DNA from: Hemiscyllium ocellatum
Taxonomy: Eukaryota
Length of the DNA: 64,000 nt
Direction: 5' to 3'
NCBI RefSeq assembly: GCF_020745735.1
Contig: NC_083430.1
Span: forward strand, 42,523,375 to 42,587,374
The notes under the pieces were generated by a model. It did no database searches. It was given only the letters and a program-made list of their open reading frames with translations, and was not told the DNA's origin. Of the stretch, positions 11,758-23,922 are shown in pieces; the stretch's first letter is position 1, and each line of letters opens with the position of its first letter. Made by a program: the position numbers and the translations under genes.

Positions 11758-13820
11758 AAAGGCATACAGCATGCTTCCCTTCATCAGACAGGTTATTGAG
11801 TGTAAGGATTGGCAGGTCATGTTACAGATGTATAAGAATTTGGTTCGGTCACATTTAGAATACTGTGTACAGTTCTGGTCGCCACCTTACCAATAGGATG
11901 TGGATGCTTTGGAGAGGGTGCAGAGGAGGTTCACTAGGATGTTGCCTTTTAGAGAGTGCTAACTATGAAAAGAGGTTGAGTATGTTAGAATTGTTTTTAT
12001 TAGAAAGATGGAGATTGAGTGGGGAACTGATTGGGTCGACAAAATCATGAGAGGTATAGACAGTGTCAAAAGCAAAAAGCATTTTCCCCAAGTGTGGGAC
12101 TCAAGGGACAGGATGTACATGGCTTTGTGCGTGGGAAATCATGTCTCACAAACTTGATTGAGTTTTTTGAAGAAGTAACAGAGAGGACTAATGAGGTCAG
12201 AGCGGTAGATGTGATCTATGTGGACTTCAATAAGGCATTCGACAAGGTTCACCATGGGAAACTGGTTAGCAAGGTTAGATCTTATGGAATATAGGGAGAA
12301 CTAGCCATTTGGGTACAAAACTGACTCAAAGATAGAAGACAGAGGGTGGTCATGGAGAGTTGTTTTTCAGACTGTGACAACTGGAGTGCCACAAGGATCG
12401 GTGCTGGGTCCTCTACTTTTTGTCATTTATATAAATGATTTGGATGAGAGCATAAGAGGTATAGTCAGTAAGTTTGCAGATGACACCAAAATTGGTGGTG
12501 TAGTGGACAGCAAAGAGGGTTACCTCAGGATTTTGACCAGATGGGCCAATGGGCTGGGAAGTGGCAAATGGAGTTTAATTCAAATAAATGCGAAGTGCTG
12601 CTTGGGAAAGCAAATCTTAGCAGGACTTATACATTTAATGGTAAGGTCCTAGGGAGTGTTGTTGAACAAAGAGACCTTGGAGTGCAGGTTCATAGTCCCT
12701 TGAAAGTGGAGTCGCAGGTAGATAGGATAGTGAAGAAGGCGTTTGGTATGCTTTCCTTTATAGGTCAGAGTATTGAGTACAGGAATTGGGAGGTCATGTT
12801 GCGGCTGTACAGGACATTGGTTAGGTAAAAACAAGGACTGCAGATGCTGGAAACCAGAGTCTAGATTAGAGTGGTGCTGGAAAAGCACAGCAGGTCAGGC
12901 AGCATCTGAGGAGCAGGAAAATCAATGTTTTGGGCAAAAGCCCTTCATCAGGATTAGACATTGGTTAGGCCACTGTTGGAATATTGCATGCAATTCTGGT
13001 CTCCTTCCTATCGGAAAGATGATGTGAAACTTGAAAGGGTTCAGAAAAGGTTTATAAGGATGTTGCTAGGGTTGGAGGATTTGAGCTATAGGGAGAGGCT
13101 GAACAGGCTGAGTCTGTTTTCCCTGGAGCGTCGGAGGCTGAGGGGTGACCTTATAGAGGTTTACAAAATTATGAGGGGCATGGATAGGGTAAACAGACAA
13201 AGTCTTTTTCCTGGGGTCGGGGAGTCCAGAACTAGAGGGCATAGGTTTAGGATAAGAGGGGAAAGATATAAAAGAGACCTAAGAGGCAACCTTTTCACAC
13301 AGAGGGTGGTATGTGTTTGGAATGAGCTGCCAGAGGAAGTGGTGGAGGCTGGTACAATTGCAACATTTAAAAGACATTTGAATGGGTATATGAATAGGAA
13401 GGTTTGGAGGGATATGGGCTGGTTGCTGGCAAGTGGGAGTGGATTGGGTTGGGATATCTAGCCGGCATTGACGGGTTGGACCGAAGGATCTGTTTCTATG
13501 CTGTACATCTCTATGACTCTATAACTCTATAACTACTAGAGGTTACAAGTTGAAGGTGAGAGTGGAAAAGATTAGGGGAGATATGCATGGAAAGTTCTTT
13601 ACGCAAAGTGTGGTGTGTGCCTGGAATGCAATGGAGGTGGTAGGGACAGGCACAATGACGTCATTTAAGATGTATCTAGACAGATTAATGAAAGGGCAAG
13701 GAGCACAGGGATACAGATCCTTATAAAATAGGCAACAGGTTTAGACAGATGATCTGGATCAGCGTTGGCTTGGAGGGCTAAAGAACCTGTTCCTGTGCTG
13801 TAATCTTGTTTGTTCTTTGA
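11758..13820 (+). mobile_element. Nested CR1 LINE ORF2 fragments (younger copy ~12117-13535 inside an older one)
   Basis: HGFVRGKSCLTNL, GVPQGSVLGP, KFADDTK, RPLLEYCMQFWSP; CR1 3' UTR with short repeat tail. Confidence 0.9.
12826..12956 (-). mobile_element. Short Penelope-like insertion (family A) in CR1
   Basis: TSD GACATTGGTTAGG 12813-12825 / 12957-12969. Confidence 0.85.
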
Positions 13821-13867
13821 CTCTATAACAGCTGCGCCATTGTGTGGGCCCAGGAACTGGCACCAAC

Positions 13868-14170
13868 TCCCTGATTGACAGGTGCAGAGTCACATGGTTC
13901 CAGGGGCGGAACCATCCCTGGGCGAGCCGAGATCACGTGGTTCTAGGGTCCGTGACGTCCCCTGATTGACAGGTGCAGAGTCACATGGTTCCAGGGGCGG
14001 AACCATCCCTGGGCGAGCCGAGATCACGTGGTTCTAGGGTCCGTGACGTCCCCTGATTGACAGGTCCAGAGTCACATGGTTCCAGGGGCGGAACCATCCC
14101 TACGCGGGCCGAGATCACGTGGTTCTAGGGTCCGTGACGTACACTGATTGACAGGTCGGCGGGTCACGTG
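13868..14170 (+). promoter_or_regulatory. ATP5IF1 proximal promoter made of 3.3 tandem 91-bp units
   Basis: CTGATTGACAG at 13871, 13962, 14053 and 14144; each full unit has GTCACATGG, GGGGCGG, CACGTG and TGACGT. Confidence 0.8.
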
Positions 14171-14220
14171 CTGTGGGGGTTTGCATCGGCCGCCATTCGG
14201 TCACTGCAAGGACGGGGACG

Positions 14221-14295
14221 ATGGCGCGTCTGCTGGTGTTCAGGAGTCAGTTCGTTGTCGCTCGGCAGTTGCGGGCTTATAGTGACAGTAGCCAG
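14221..14295 (+). CDS. ATP5IF1: ATP synthase inhibitory factor 1, exon 1 (mitochondrial presequence)
   Basis: MARLLVFRSQFVVARQLRAYSDSSQ, Arg-rich targeting peptide, CAG|GTACC donor, phase 0 into exon 2. Confidence 0.85.
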
Positions 14296-14437
14296 GTACC
14301 ACACCGGGGTCAGGGGGTGGTCTGGGCCTCAGGGCTCCCGGACAGGGCCGGGGTGGAGCTGAGCCCCCAGTCACTGAGGCGGCGGGTGATGTCGGGCCTG
14401 GTCAGTGAGTGAGTGATAGGGCAGCTCGGGCAGACAG

Positions 14438-17400
14438 CACCCCCCCCCCCCCCATACCTCACCCCAACCCTTCCCCCCTCCCCCCTTTTACCCCCCCACA
14501 CACAACCTTTACACCCCACACCCCCCCCTTGGCCCCTTGCACAGACACCCCCCCGCCCCTTGCACAGACACCCCCCCCCCCCCCCTTGGCCCCTTGGACA
14601 GACACACCCCCCACCCCCCTTGGCCCCTTGGACAGACACACCCCCCACCCCCCTTGGCCCCTTGGACAGACACACCCCCCACCCCCCTTGGCCCCTTGGA
14701 CAGACACACCCCCCCCCCACCCCCCCCCCTTGGCCCCTTGCACAGACACACCCCCCCACCCCCCCCCTTGGCCCCTTGCACAGACACAACCCCCCCACCC
14801 CCCCCCCCCCTTGGCCCCTTGCACAGACACAACCCCCCCCCCACCCCCCCCCCTTGGCCCCTTGCACAGACACAACCCCCCCACCCCCCCCCCCTTGGCC
14901 CCTTGCACAGACACAACCCCCCCACCCCCCCCCTTGGCCCCTTGCACAGACACCCCCCCCTTGGCCCCTTGCACAGACACCCCCCCCTTGGCCCCTTGCA
15001 CAGACACCCCCCCCCTTGGCCCCTTGCACAGACACCCCCCCCTTGGCCCCTTGCACAGACACCCCCCCCCTTGGCCCCTTGCACAGACACCCCCCCCTTG
15101 GCCCCTTGCACAGACACCCCCCCCTTGGCCCCTTGCACAGACACCCCCCCCTTGCCCCTTGCACAGACACCCCTTCCCCACCCCTTGCACACACCCCCCC
15201 CCCCCCCTTGGCCCCTTGCGCACACACCCCCCCCTTGGCCCCTTGCACAGACACCCCCCCCCTTGCCCCTTGCACAGACACCCCTTCCCCACCCCTTGCA
15301 CACACCCCCCCCTTGGCCCCTTGCGCAGACACCCCCCCCCTTGCCCCTTGCACAGACACCCCCCCCTTGCCCCTTGCACAGACACCCCTTCCCCACCCCT
15401 TGCACACACCCCCCCCCCCCCCCCTTGGCCCCTTGCGCACACACCCCCTTCTCCCCCCCCCCCCCCCGGCCCCTTGCGCACACACCCCCCCCTTGGCCCC
15501 TTGCGCACACCCCCCCCCCACCCCCTTGGCCCCTTGCGCACACCCCCCCCCACCCCCTTGGCCCCTTGCGCACACCCCCCCCCCCACCCCCTTGGCCCCT
15601 TGTGCACACCCCCCCGGCCCCTTGCGCAAACCCCCCCACCCCCTTGCGCACACCCCCCCCCTTCGCCCCTTGCGCACACCCCCCCCCCCTTGGCCCCTTG
15701 TACACACCCCCCACCCCTTGTACACACACCCCCCCCCCCCTTGGCCCCTTGTACACACCCCCCCCTTGGCCCCTTGCGCACACACACCCCCCCCCCCTTC
15801 CCTGCCCCTTGCGCACGCCCCCCCCCTCCCCGCCCCTTGCGCACACACCCCCCCCCTCCCCTTGGCCCCTTGCGCACACACCCCCCCCCCTCCCCTTGGC
15901 CCCTTGCGCACACACCCCCCCCCCTCCCCTTGGCCCCTTGCGCACACACCCCCCCCCTCCCCTTGGCCCCTTGCGCACACACCCCCCCCCCTCCCCTTGG
16001 CCCCTTGCGCACACACCCCCCTTCCCCGCCCCTTGCGCACACACCCCCCCCTCCCCGCCCCTTGCGCACACACCCCCTTCCCCGCCCCTTGCGCACACAC
16101 CCCCTTCCCCGCCCCTTGCGCACACACCCCCTTCCCCCCCCCCCCCCCCCCCCCTTGGCCCCTTGCGCACACCCCCCCCCCCCCCCCCCCTTGGCCCCTT
16201 GCGCACACACACCCCCCCCCCCTTGGCCCCTTGCGCACACACACCCCCCCCCCCCTTGGCCCCTTGCGCACACACCCCCTCCTTCCCCGCCCCTTGCGCA
16301 CACACCCCCTTCCCCGCCCCTTGCGCACACACCCCCCCCCCCCCCCCCCCCCCCCTTGGCCCCTTGCGCACACCCCCCTCCACCCCCTTGGCCCCTTGTA
16401 CACACCCCTCACCCCTTGGCCCCTTGTACACACACCCCCCCCCCCCCCTTGGCCCCTTGTACACACCCCCCCCCCCCCTTGGCCCCTTGTACACACCCCC
16501 CCCCCCCCCCTTGGCCCCTTGTACACACCCCCCCCTTGGCCCTTTGCACACCCTCCCCCCCCTTGGCCCCTTGCGCACACACACCCCCCCCTTCCCTGCC
16601 CCTTGCGCACGCCCCCCCTTCCCCGCCCCTTGCGCACGCCCCCCCCTTCCCCCCTTGGCCCCTTGCGCACACACCCCCCCCCCCCTCCCCTTGCGCACAC
16701 ACCCCCCCCCCGCCCCTTGCGCACACACCCCCTTCCCCGCCCCTTGCGCACACACCCCCTTCCCCCCCCCCCCCCCCCCCTTGGCCCCTTGCGCACACAC
16801 CCCCCCCCCCCCCCTTGGCCCCTTGCGCACACACACCCCCCCCCCCCCTTGGCCCCTTGCGCACACACCCCCTCCTTCCCCGCCCCTTGCGCACACACCC
16901 CCTTCCCCGCCCCTTGCGCACACACCCCCTCCCCCCCCCCCCCCCCCTTGGCCCCTTGCGCACACACCCCCCCCCCCCCCGGCCCCTTGCGCGCACGCCC
17001 CGCCCCTTGCGCGCACGCCCCCCCTTCCCCGCCCCTTGCGCGCACGCCCCCCCCTTCCCCGCCCCTTGCGCGCACGCCCCCCCCTTCCCCGCCCCTTGCG
17101 CGCACGCCCCCCCTTCCCCGCCCCTTGCGCGCACGCCCCCCCTTGGCCCCTTGCGCGCACACCCCCCCCCCCCCCTTGGCCCCTTGCGCCACCCCCCCCT
17201 TGGCCCCTTGCGCACAGACAACCCCCCCCCCCCCCCCCCCCGGCCCCTTGCGCACAGACACACCCCCCCCCCCCCCTTGGCCCCTTGCGCCACCCCCCCC
17301 CCCCCCCCTTGGCCCCTTGCGCACACCCCCCCCCTTGGCCCCTTGTACACCCCCCCCTTGGCCCCTTGCGCACAGACAGCCCCCCCCCCTTGGCCCCTTG

Positions 17401-19428
17401 CGCGCGCACCCCCCCCCCCCCCCTTGGCCCCTTGCGCGCGCACCCCCCCCCCCCCCCCCCCTTGGCCCCTTGCGCGCGCACCCCCCCCCCCCCGGCCCCT
17501 TGCGCGCACACCCCCCCCCCCCCTTGGCCCCTTGTACACCCCCCCCTCGGCCCCTTGCGCACAGACAACCCCCCCCCCCCCCGGCCCCTTGCGCACAGAC
17601 ACACCCCCCCCCCCTTGGCCCCTTGCGCACCCCCCCCCCTTGGCCCCTTGTACACCCCCCCCTTGGCCCCTTGCGCACAGACAACCCCCCCCCCCCCCCC
17701 CCGGCCCCTTGCGCACAGACACCCCCCCCCCCCCGTTGGCCCCTTGCGCACACCCCCCCCCCCCCCTTGGCCCCTTGCGCACACCCCCCCCCCCTTGGCC
17801 CCTTGTACACCCCCCCCTTGGCCCCTTGCGCACAGACAACCCCCCCCCCCCCCGGCCCCTTGCGCACAGACACACACCCCCCCCCCCTTGGCCCCTTGCA
17901 CACACACCCCCCTTCCCCGCCCCTTGCGCACACACTGCCCCCCTTGGCCCTTTGCACACCCCCTTCCCCCCCCCCCCCCCTTGGCCCCTTGCGCACACAC
18001 CCCTTTTCTCCCCCCCCCCCCCCCTTGGCCCCTTGCGCACCTCCCCCCCCACCCCCCCCCCCCCTTGGCCCCTTGCGCACACCCCCCCCCCCCCCCCCCT
18101 TGGCCCCTTGTACACCCCCCCCCTTGGCCCCTTGCGCACAGACACCCCCCCCCCCCGGCCCCTTGCGCACAGACACACCCCCCCCCCCCCCCCCCCCCCT
18201 TGGCCCCTTGCGCACACACCCCCCCTTCCCCGCCCCTTGCGCACACACCGCCCCCCTTGGCCCTTTGCACACCCCCTTCACCCCCTCCCCCCCCCCCCCC
18301 CCCCCCCCCCCTTGGCCCCTTGCGCACGCACCCCCTTCCCCCCCCGGCCCCTTGCGCACACACCCCCTCCCCCCCCCCCCCCCTTGGCCCCTTGCACACC
18401 CCCCCCCCCCCCCCTTGGCCCTTTGCACACCCCCTTCCCCGCCCCCTGGCCCCTTGCACACACCCCCCCCCCCCCCCCCCCCCGCACACACCCCCCCCCC
18501 CCCGCCCCTTGCACACACCCCCCTCCTTGGCCCTTTGCACACCCCCTTCCCCGCCCCCTGGCCCCTTGCACACCCCCCCCCCCCTTGGCCCCTTGCGCAC
18601 AGACACCACCCCCCCCGCCCCTTGCACACACCCCCCCTTCCCCGCCCCTTGCACACACCCCCCCCCTTCCCCGCCCCCTGCACAGACCCCCCCCCTTCCC
18701 CGCCCCTTGCACACACCCCCCTCGGCCCCTTGCACACCCCCCACCCCCCCCCCCCCCTTGGCCCCTTGCGCACAGACACCACCCCCCCGGCCCCTTGTGC
18801 ACACACACCCCCCCCTTCCCCGCCCCTTGCGCACACCCCCCCCTTCCCCGCCCCTTGCACACCCCCCCTTCCCCCGCCCCCCTTCCCCGCCCCTTGCACA
18901 CACCCCCCCCTTCCCCGCCCCTTGCGCACACCCCCCCTTCCCCGCCCCTTGCACACACCCCCCCCCCCTTGGCCCCTTGCACAGACACCCCCCCCCCCCC
19001 CCGGCCCCTTGTGCGCGCACCCCCCCCCCCCCCCTTGCACACCCCCCCCTTCCCCGCCCCTTGCACACCCCCCCCCCCCCCCTTGGCCCTTTGCACACCC
19101 CCTTCCCCGCCCCCTTGGCCCCTTGCACACCCCCCCCCCCCCCCCCCCCCCCCCCCTTGGCCCCTTGCACAGACACCCCCCCCCCCCCCTTGGCCCCTTG
19201 CACAGACACCCCCCCCCCCCCCCCCCTTGGCCCCTTGCACAGACACCCCCCCCCCCCCCCCACCCCCCGGCCCCTTGCACAGACACCCCCCCCCCCCCCC
19301 GGCCCCTTGCACAGACACCCCCCCCTTGGCCCCTTGCGCACACCCCACCCCCCCCTTGCACACACACACCCCCTCCCTTGGCCCTTTGCACACCCCCTTC
19401 CCCGCCCCCTGGCCCCTTGCACACACAC
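14438..19428. repeat. ~5-kb C-rich compound minisatellite (CTTGGCCCCTTGC(A/G)CACAC(C)n) in ATP5IF1 intron 1
   Basis: Read directly; variable C-runs. Confidence 0.95.
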
Positions 19429-20935
19429 AATTCTGGACTCTTTCCTATTGGAAGGATATTGTGAAACTTGAAAGGGTTCAGTAAAGATTTACAAGGATGT
19501 TGCCAGGGTTGGAGGATTTGGGGTATGGGAGGGACTGAATAGGCTGGGGCTGTTTTCCCTGGAATGTCAGAGGCTGAGGGATGCCTTTTAAAATGTGTAT
19601 TTAAAAAGTTTATAAAATCATGAGGCACATTGACAGGATAAATAGACAAAGTTTTTTTTTCTCTGGGGTAGGCTAGAGAGAATAGGATGTAGATTTGCTT
19701 GCTGAGCTAGAAGGTACATTTCCAGATGTTTTGTTATCCTACTGGGTAGTATCTTCAGTGGGCCTCAGAAAAAGCAATGCTGAAAATTCCTGCTTTATAT
19801 ATATACATATGTGTGTGTGTATATGTTTTGGGTTTCTTTAGGTTGGTGATGTCATTTCCTGTGGTGAAGTTACTTCTGTTTCCTTGTCTCAGGGGGTGGT
19901 AGATGGGGTCTAACTCAACATGTTTGTTGATTGAGTTCCATTTGGAATGCCATGCTCCTAGGAATTCTTGTGCGTGTGTTTTGTTTGGCTTTATTTCAAT
20001 GAACATTATTTCAACAAGCCAACACAGTACAGCACAGAGGAACTATGCCAAGCAGAGGAAAATTACCTTTTACAGTGTATTCAAAAAGAATGGATACCCA
20101 ATGAACACAGTCCACCGATCTCTCAGCAACAAACCCAAACAAGCAGAAAAAGCACGTCCAGAAATCCTAGCCACACTCCCCTACATCAAAGACTTCTTGG
20201 AAACGATTGCCAGGCTACTCAGACCCCTTGGTATTATGGTAGCCTACAAACCCACTAAAACAGCTAATGAACTTGAAAGGCCCTATGACAGACAGCGAGC
20301 AAAACTAATGTCATTTACAAAATACTGTGCAAAGACTGTAATGAACAGGCAGAAAACTAGCCACCAGGATACGTGAAGATCAACTAACGAGTGATCCTGT
20401 CTCACTAGTATCCTTACACACAGATAAGGAAAGACACCACTTTGACTGGGACGACACATCCATCCTAGGACAAACAAAGATACGTACAAGAATTCCTCGA
20501 AGCATGGCATTCCTACAGGAACTCTATCAACAAACCTGTCGAGTTAGACCCCATCTACCACCTCCTGAGAAAAGGAACCGGAAGTGACTTCACAGGAAAT
20601 AACATCAACCCAAACATGTAAATAGAAAGCAGGTACTTTCAGCATGAGGCCCACTGAAGATGTTACCTAGTAAGGTAACAAAATGTCTGGAAATGAACCT
20701 TCCAGTTCAGTGAGTAAACCTATATTCAAAACCTCAACCTGAGCTACAAATCTTCTCAAAACTCACTAGAGAGAATAGGTTTAGAGTAGGAGGGGAAAGA
20801 TACTTAAGGGCAACTTTTACTCGCAGAGGGTGGTATGTGTATGGAATGAGCTGCCAGAGGAAGTGGTGGAGGCTGGTACAATTGCAACATTTTAAGAGGC
20901 GTTTGGATGGGTATATGAATAGGAAGGGTTTGGAG
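19429..20935 (+). mobile_element. CR1 3' fragment interrupted by a Penelope element
   Basis: QFW..YWKDIVKLERVQ..; resumes after 20779 with WNELPEEVVEA. Confidence 0.85.
19687..20765 (+). mobile_element. Penelope-like element (family B) with inverted 5' arm
   Basis: FKKNGYP..LPYIK..LLRPLGI and EFL.AWHS..INKHVELDPIY motifs; TSD CTAGAGAGAATAGG on both sides. Confidence 0.85.
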
Positions 20936-21133
20936 AATGTTGTATTTCTTCATGTGGTGTTCGTGTTGAATTCTACAGGGGAGGCTGGGTTCTTAAATCC
21001 ACTGAAAGCTGCATTAGATGATTCACATAAGGGAATTGAGATTTATCTGGGGCTGACCTTAATGTAGGCCTGAGGCTGCAACCAGACCAGCCATGATCTT
21101 TTTGAGTGGTGAAACAGCTCAAAGGACCAATGT

Positions 21134-21350
21134 GATTTGAGAAGATTTGTCACTCAGGTTGAGGTTCAGGTAAGTTTCCTTGTTGTGCTGGGAGGCTTGT
21201 TCTTGGGCATTCGTTCCCATGCGAAGTAACGTCATCAGTGAGCCTCTGTTGAAGCCTCACGTGAGTTTCAATGGAGGCTTACTGATGTTACCCAGCATGG
21301 TAACAAAACGTCTGAGAACAAATCTACCAACTTAGCAAGCAAACCTAAAC
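21134..21350. mobile_element. Short fold-back Penelope element (family B)
   Basis: Inverted halves; TSD CTCAAAGGACCAATGT 21118-21133 / 21351-21366. Confidence 0.8.
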
Positions 21351-21513
21351 CTCAAAGGACCAATGTTCCTAATTTTGCTGAGATGTTAGGCTGCTTCAAA
21401 TTGCATATAAAGCTGTGTAATTTCCTTCCAAGGGGCAGAAGACATTTTCCAAGGGAACATGGCCAATGTTCTGTGTGTATTTGCTAACCTAAAGATTGAT
21501 GTTTGTGTTTCAG

Positions 21514-21626
21514 CTGGGAGAGTTGGGCAAAGGTGCTGGCAGAGGTGGTGGTGGAGGAGGGAGCATAAGAGAAGCTGGAGGTGCATTTGGCAAAAGGGAG
21601 GCAGCATTGGAGGAGAAATACTTCAG
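21514..21626 (+). CDS. ATP5IF1: ATP5IF1 exon 2 (inhibitory region)
   Basis: [43 protein letters not shown] acceptor, AG|GTAAC donor. Confidence 0.97.
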
Positions 21627-22952
21627 GTAACAATTTCTATCATCTGTCGGTCTCTCAATTGTGACCTGTTTATTCCCCTTTCTGCCCGGACTGATTTGGG
21701 TTACTGCATAATTTAATGTTTCTAAAATCTTGATTGAGGATCTGTTGAATTCAGAGGATGAGGTTCTCTGAAATTGACAACTCTGAAACTGTCTCTAAAC
21801 TGTTTAGAAGGATCGAATGTTTGCTGCCAAGAGTAACTTACTGTTCGAATTTGTGTAAAATTTCAATTTCATAGCCTGAAGTGAATGTTTACAATGTATT
21901 CAACTCAGTCCATTGCTTTTGTCATGATTGCAACCAGTTGATGCAAGTTGTCACATTTTAACATGCCATGTGATTTGAAATGATATGTTGAAAATTCTTA
22001 CCTACAGTCCCTGCTTATTTTATCTACCAGGCTAGCCTAAAATGCGACAGTTTGTCTGGGGGGTATTTAAATTAGTGGCAAGCTGAATCATCTGACTTAT
22101 TACAGACTCAGGTTGAGCCTAAATATTGAATAGCTGAGCCTTATCAGTCACTAACACCATAGGTTCTACATTTAATGTAGGTATACTTGAAAAGCAGAGT
22201 TAATTCACTCATTCTTGATAGTAAGACTTCTGACGACTAGTTCTAACAATTGAAACCATGTTGTAAATTATCAAAAACAACAAGCTTAAGACTCCAATTC
22301 TGGTAAAGACTCTTAAGAGTCTTGATTGGCCTGGAACTGACTTTTGCAGAAATGCATTGTTTTCTGTGATTATAGAAACTGCTTTTGTCTTTTACTTGTT
22401 GATGTGGTATGGGTATCATGAGCTTGGCCAGCATGATTTCCCCAGTGTTAATTGCCCTGTAGAGGGAGCTGCCTTAGACCACTGCAGTCCTTGCAGTATA
22501 GGGATATCCTCCAGTCCTGCTGTTGGAAAGGAAATTTCAGGATTTTCTCCCAGAATGCCAATTAGTTTGGGTCAGGTGAGTGGCTTGGAGAGGAACTTGC
22601 AGTCGATAGTGTGCCCATGCATCCACTGCCTTTTTGTCCTTCTCGGTGGTAGAGTTTGTTTGAAAGAGACTGGGAAAATCTTGGTGAATTACTGCAGTGT
22701 ATCTAGTAGGTGGTCCTGACTGTGATCTTGAAAGTGGTGCAGGGGTGCCAATGAAGAGGGTGGTTTATCCTGCATGGTGTCAAACCTCTTGAATCTTGTT
22801 GGAGCTGGACTCATCCCAAGCAAATGGAGACTATTCCATCACACTCCTGACTTGCCTTGTAGATCGTATTATTCATGATTCAGGGAGACAAAGTGAGTTC
22901 GTGCCCCATTTCCCAGCCTCTGACCTACTCAAGTGGCCATGGTATTTATTTG

Positions 22953-23052
22953 TTGAAAATGTGTTGCTGGTAAAAGCACAGCAGGTCAGGCAGCATCCAA
23001 GGAATAGGAAATTCGACGTTTCGGGCATAAGCCCTTCATCAGGAATGACCCG
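22953..23052 (-). mobile_element. 100-bp Penelope family A insertion in ATP5IF1 intron 2
   Basis: TSD ATGGTATTTATTTG 22939-22952 / 23053-23066. Confidence 0.85.
23011..23046 (-). ncRNA. Minimal type-I hammerhead ribozyme motif (intact copy)
   Basis: ATTC-CTGATGA-A-GGGC-TTAT-GCCC-GAAAC-GTC-GAAT: core, stem II, GUC site, stem I ATTC/GAAT. Confidence 0.75.
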
Positions 23053-23768
23053 ATGGTATTTATTTGGTCCATTTCAATTTCTGGTGATGGTAACCTCCCC
23101 AAGATATTGGTGATGAAGGATTCAGCATTGGTAATACTACTGGATAACATATGATATGTGAACCTGCCCAGAAGCTGCTTTCTTTGTCTGAAAAAGCACA
23201 GCAAATGAAAGCGTGCACACTAATTACTTCCATCTAATGTATCCTAAAGCAAGATTGCCAGTACATTGCTAAATTAAAGGTGGAAACTTTGAGTTTGTGT
23301 TGATCTGGCAGTAGGATTGCTCAGACTCTTCATTTCAAGAGAATTGAAATCAGCATTGCGACCAAATCCCAGAGTTCCATACTGTATGTTGGATAAATAC
23401 TTGATGTTTAAAGCTAGAACATGTCTGAATCACTCATTGCCACAATATTGATCCTGTGCACCAAGGTAGTAGTTAATCTGCACTCCTGTCTAAATTTTGT
23501 GTATGGGTTTAAGTGAAGTTTCTCCAGGTTTGTTCACACCACTGGGTCTTCGTAATGCTTCCTTTTATGATCATTTAGCTCAATATAACACTGTCACGTT
23601 TATGACTGCTCAGTTGCTCTCATCTTTGCTGAAAAGATGAGGCCCTTTTGCCTTTTCAAATGTATAGCTACTTAGCTACGGCTTCAGAAAGTAATCTCTG
23701 ATTTATCTTTAACAAATGCTTCCTTTTTCAATACCTACCAGGCCATTTAAAGTGGTTCTGTTTTGCAG

Positions 23769-23922
23769 GGAAAAAGAAATGGAACAGATTGAAAATCTGA
23801 GGAAACATCATCAAGAGGAGATTAACCATCACGAACAGGAAATACAGCGTTTACAGAATGAGATTAAACGCCACAAGGGTCAGATCAAGAAGCTGAAGCA
23901 TGATGGCTATGACAGTGACTAG
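23769..23922 (+). CDS. ATP5IF1: ATP5IF1 exon 3 (coiled-coil, His-rich region); AATAAA at ~24011
   Basis: [51 protein letters not shown]; phase matches exon 2. Confidence 0.97.

Noticed and set aside
12031-13461. Reverse-transcriptase ORFs as active genes
   Set aside because: 5'-truncated, frameshifted CR1 fragments
14310-19649. Pro-rich / Gly-rich ORFs up to 1779 aa in most frames
   Set aside because: Stop-free C-rich intronic satellite
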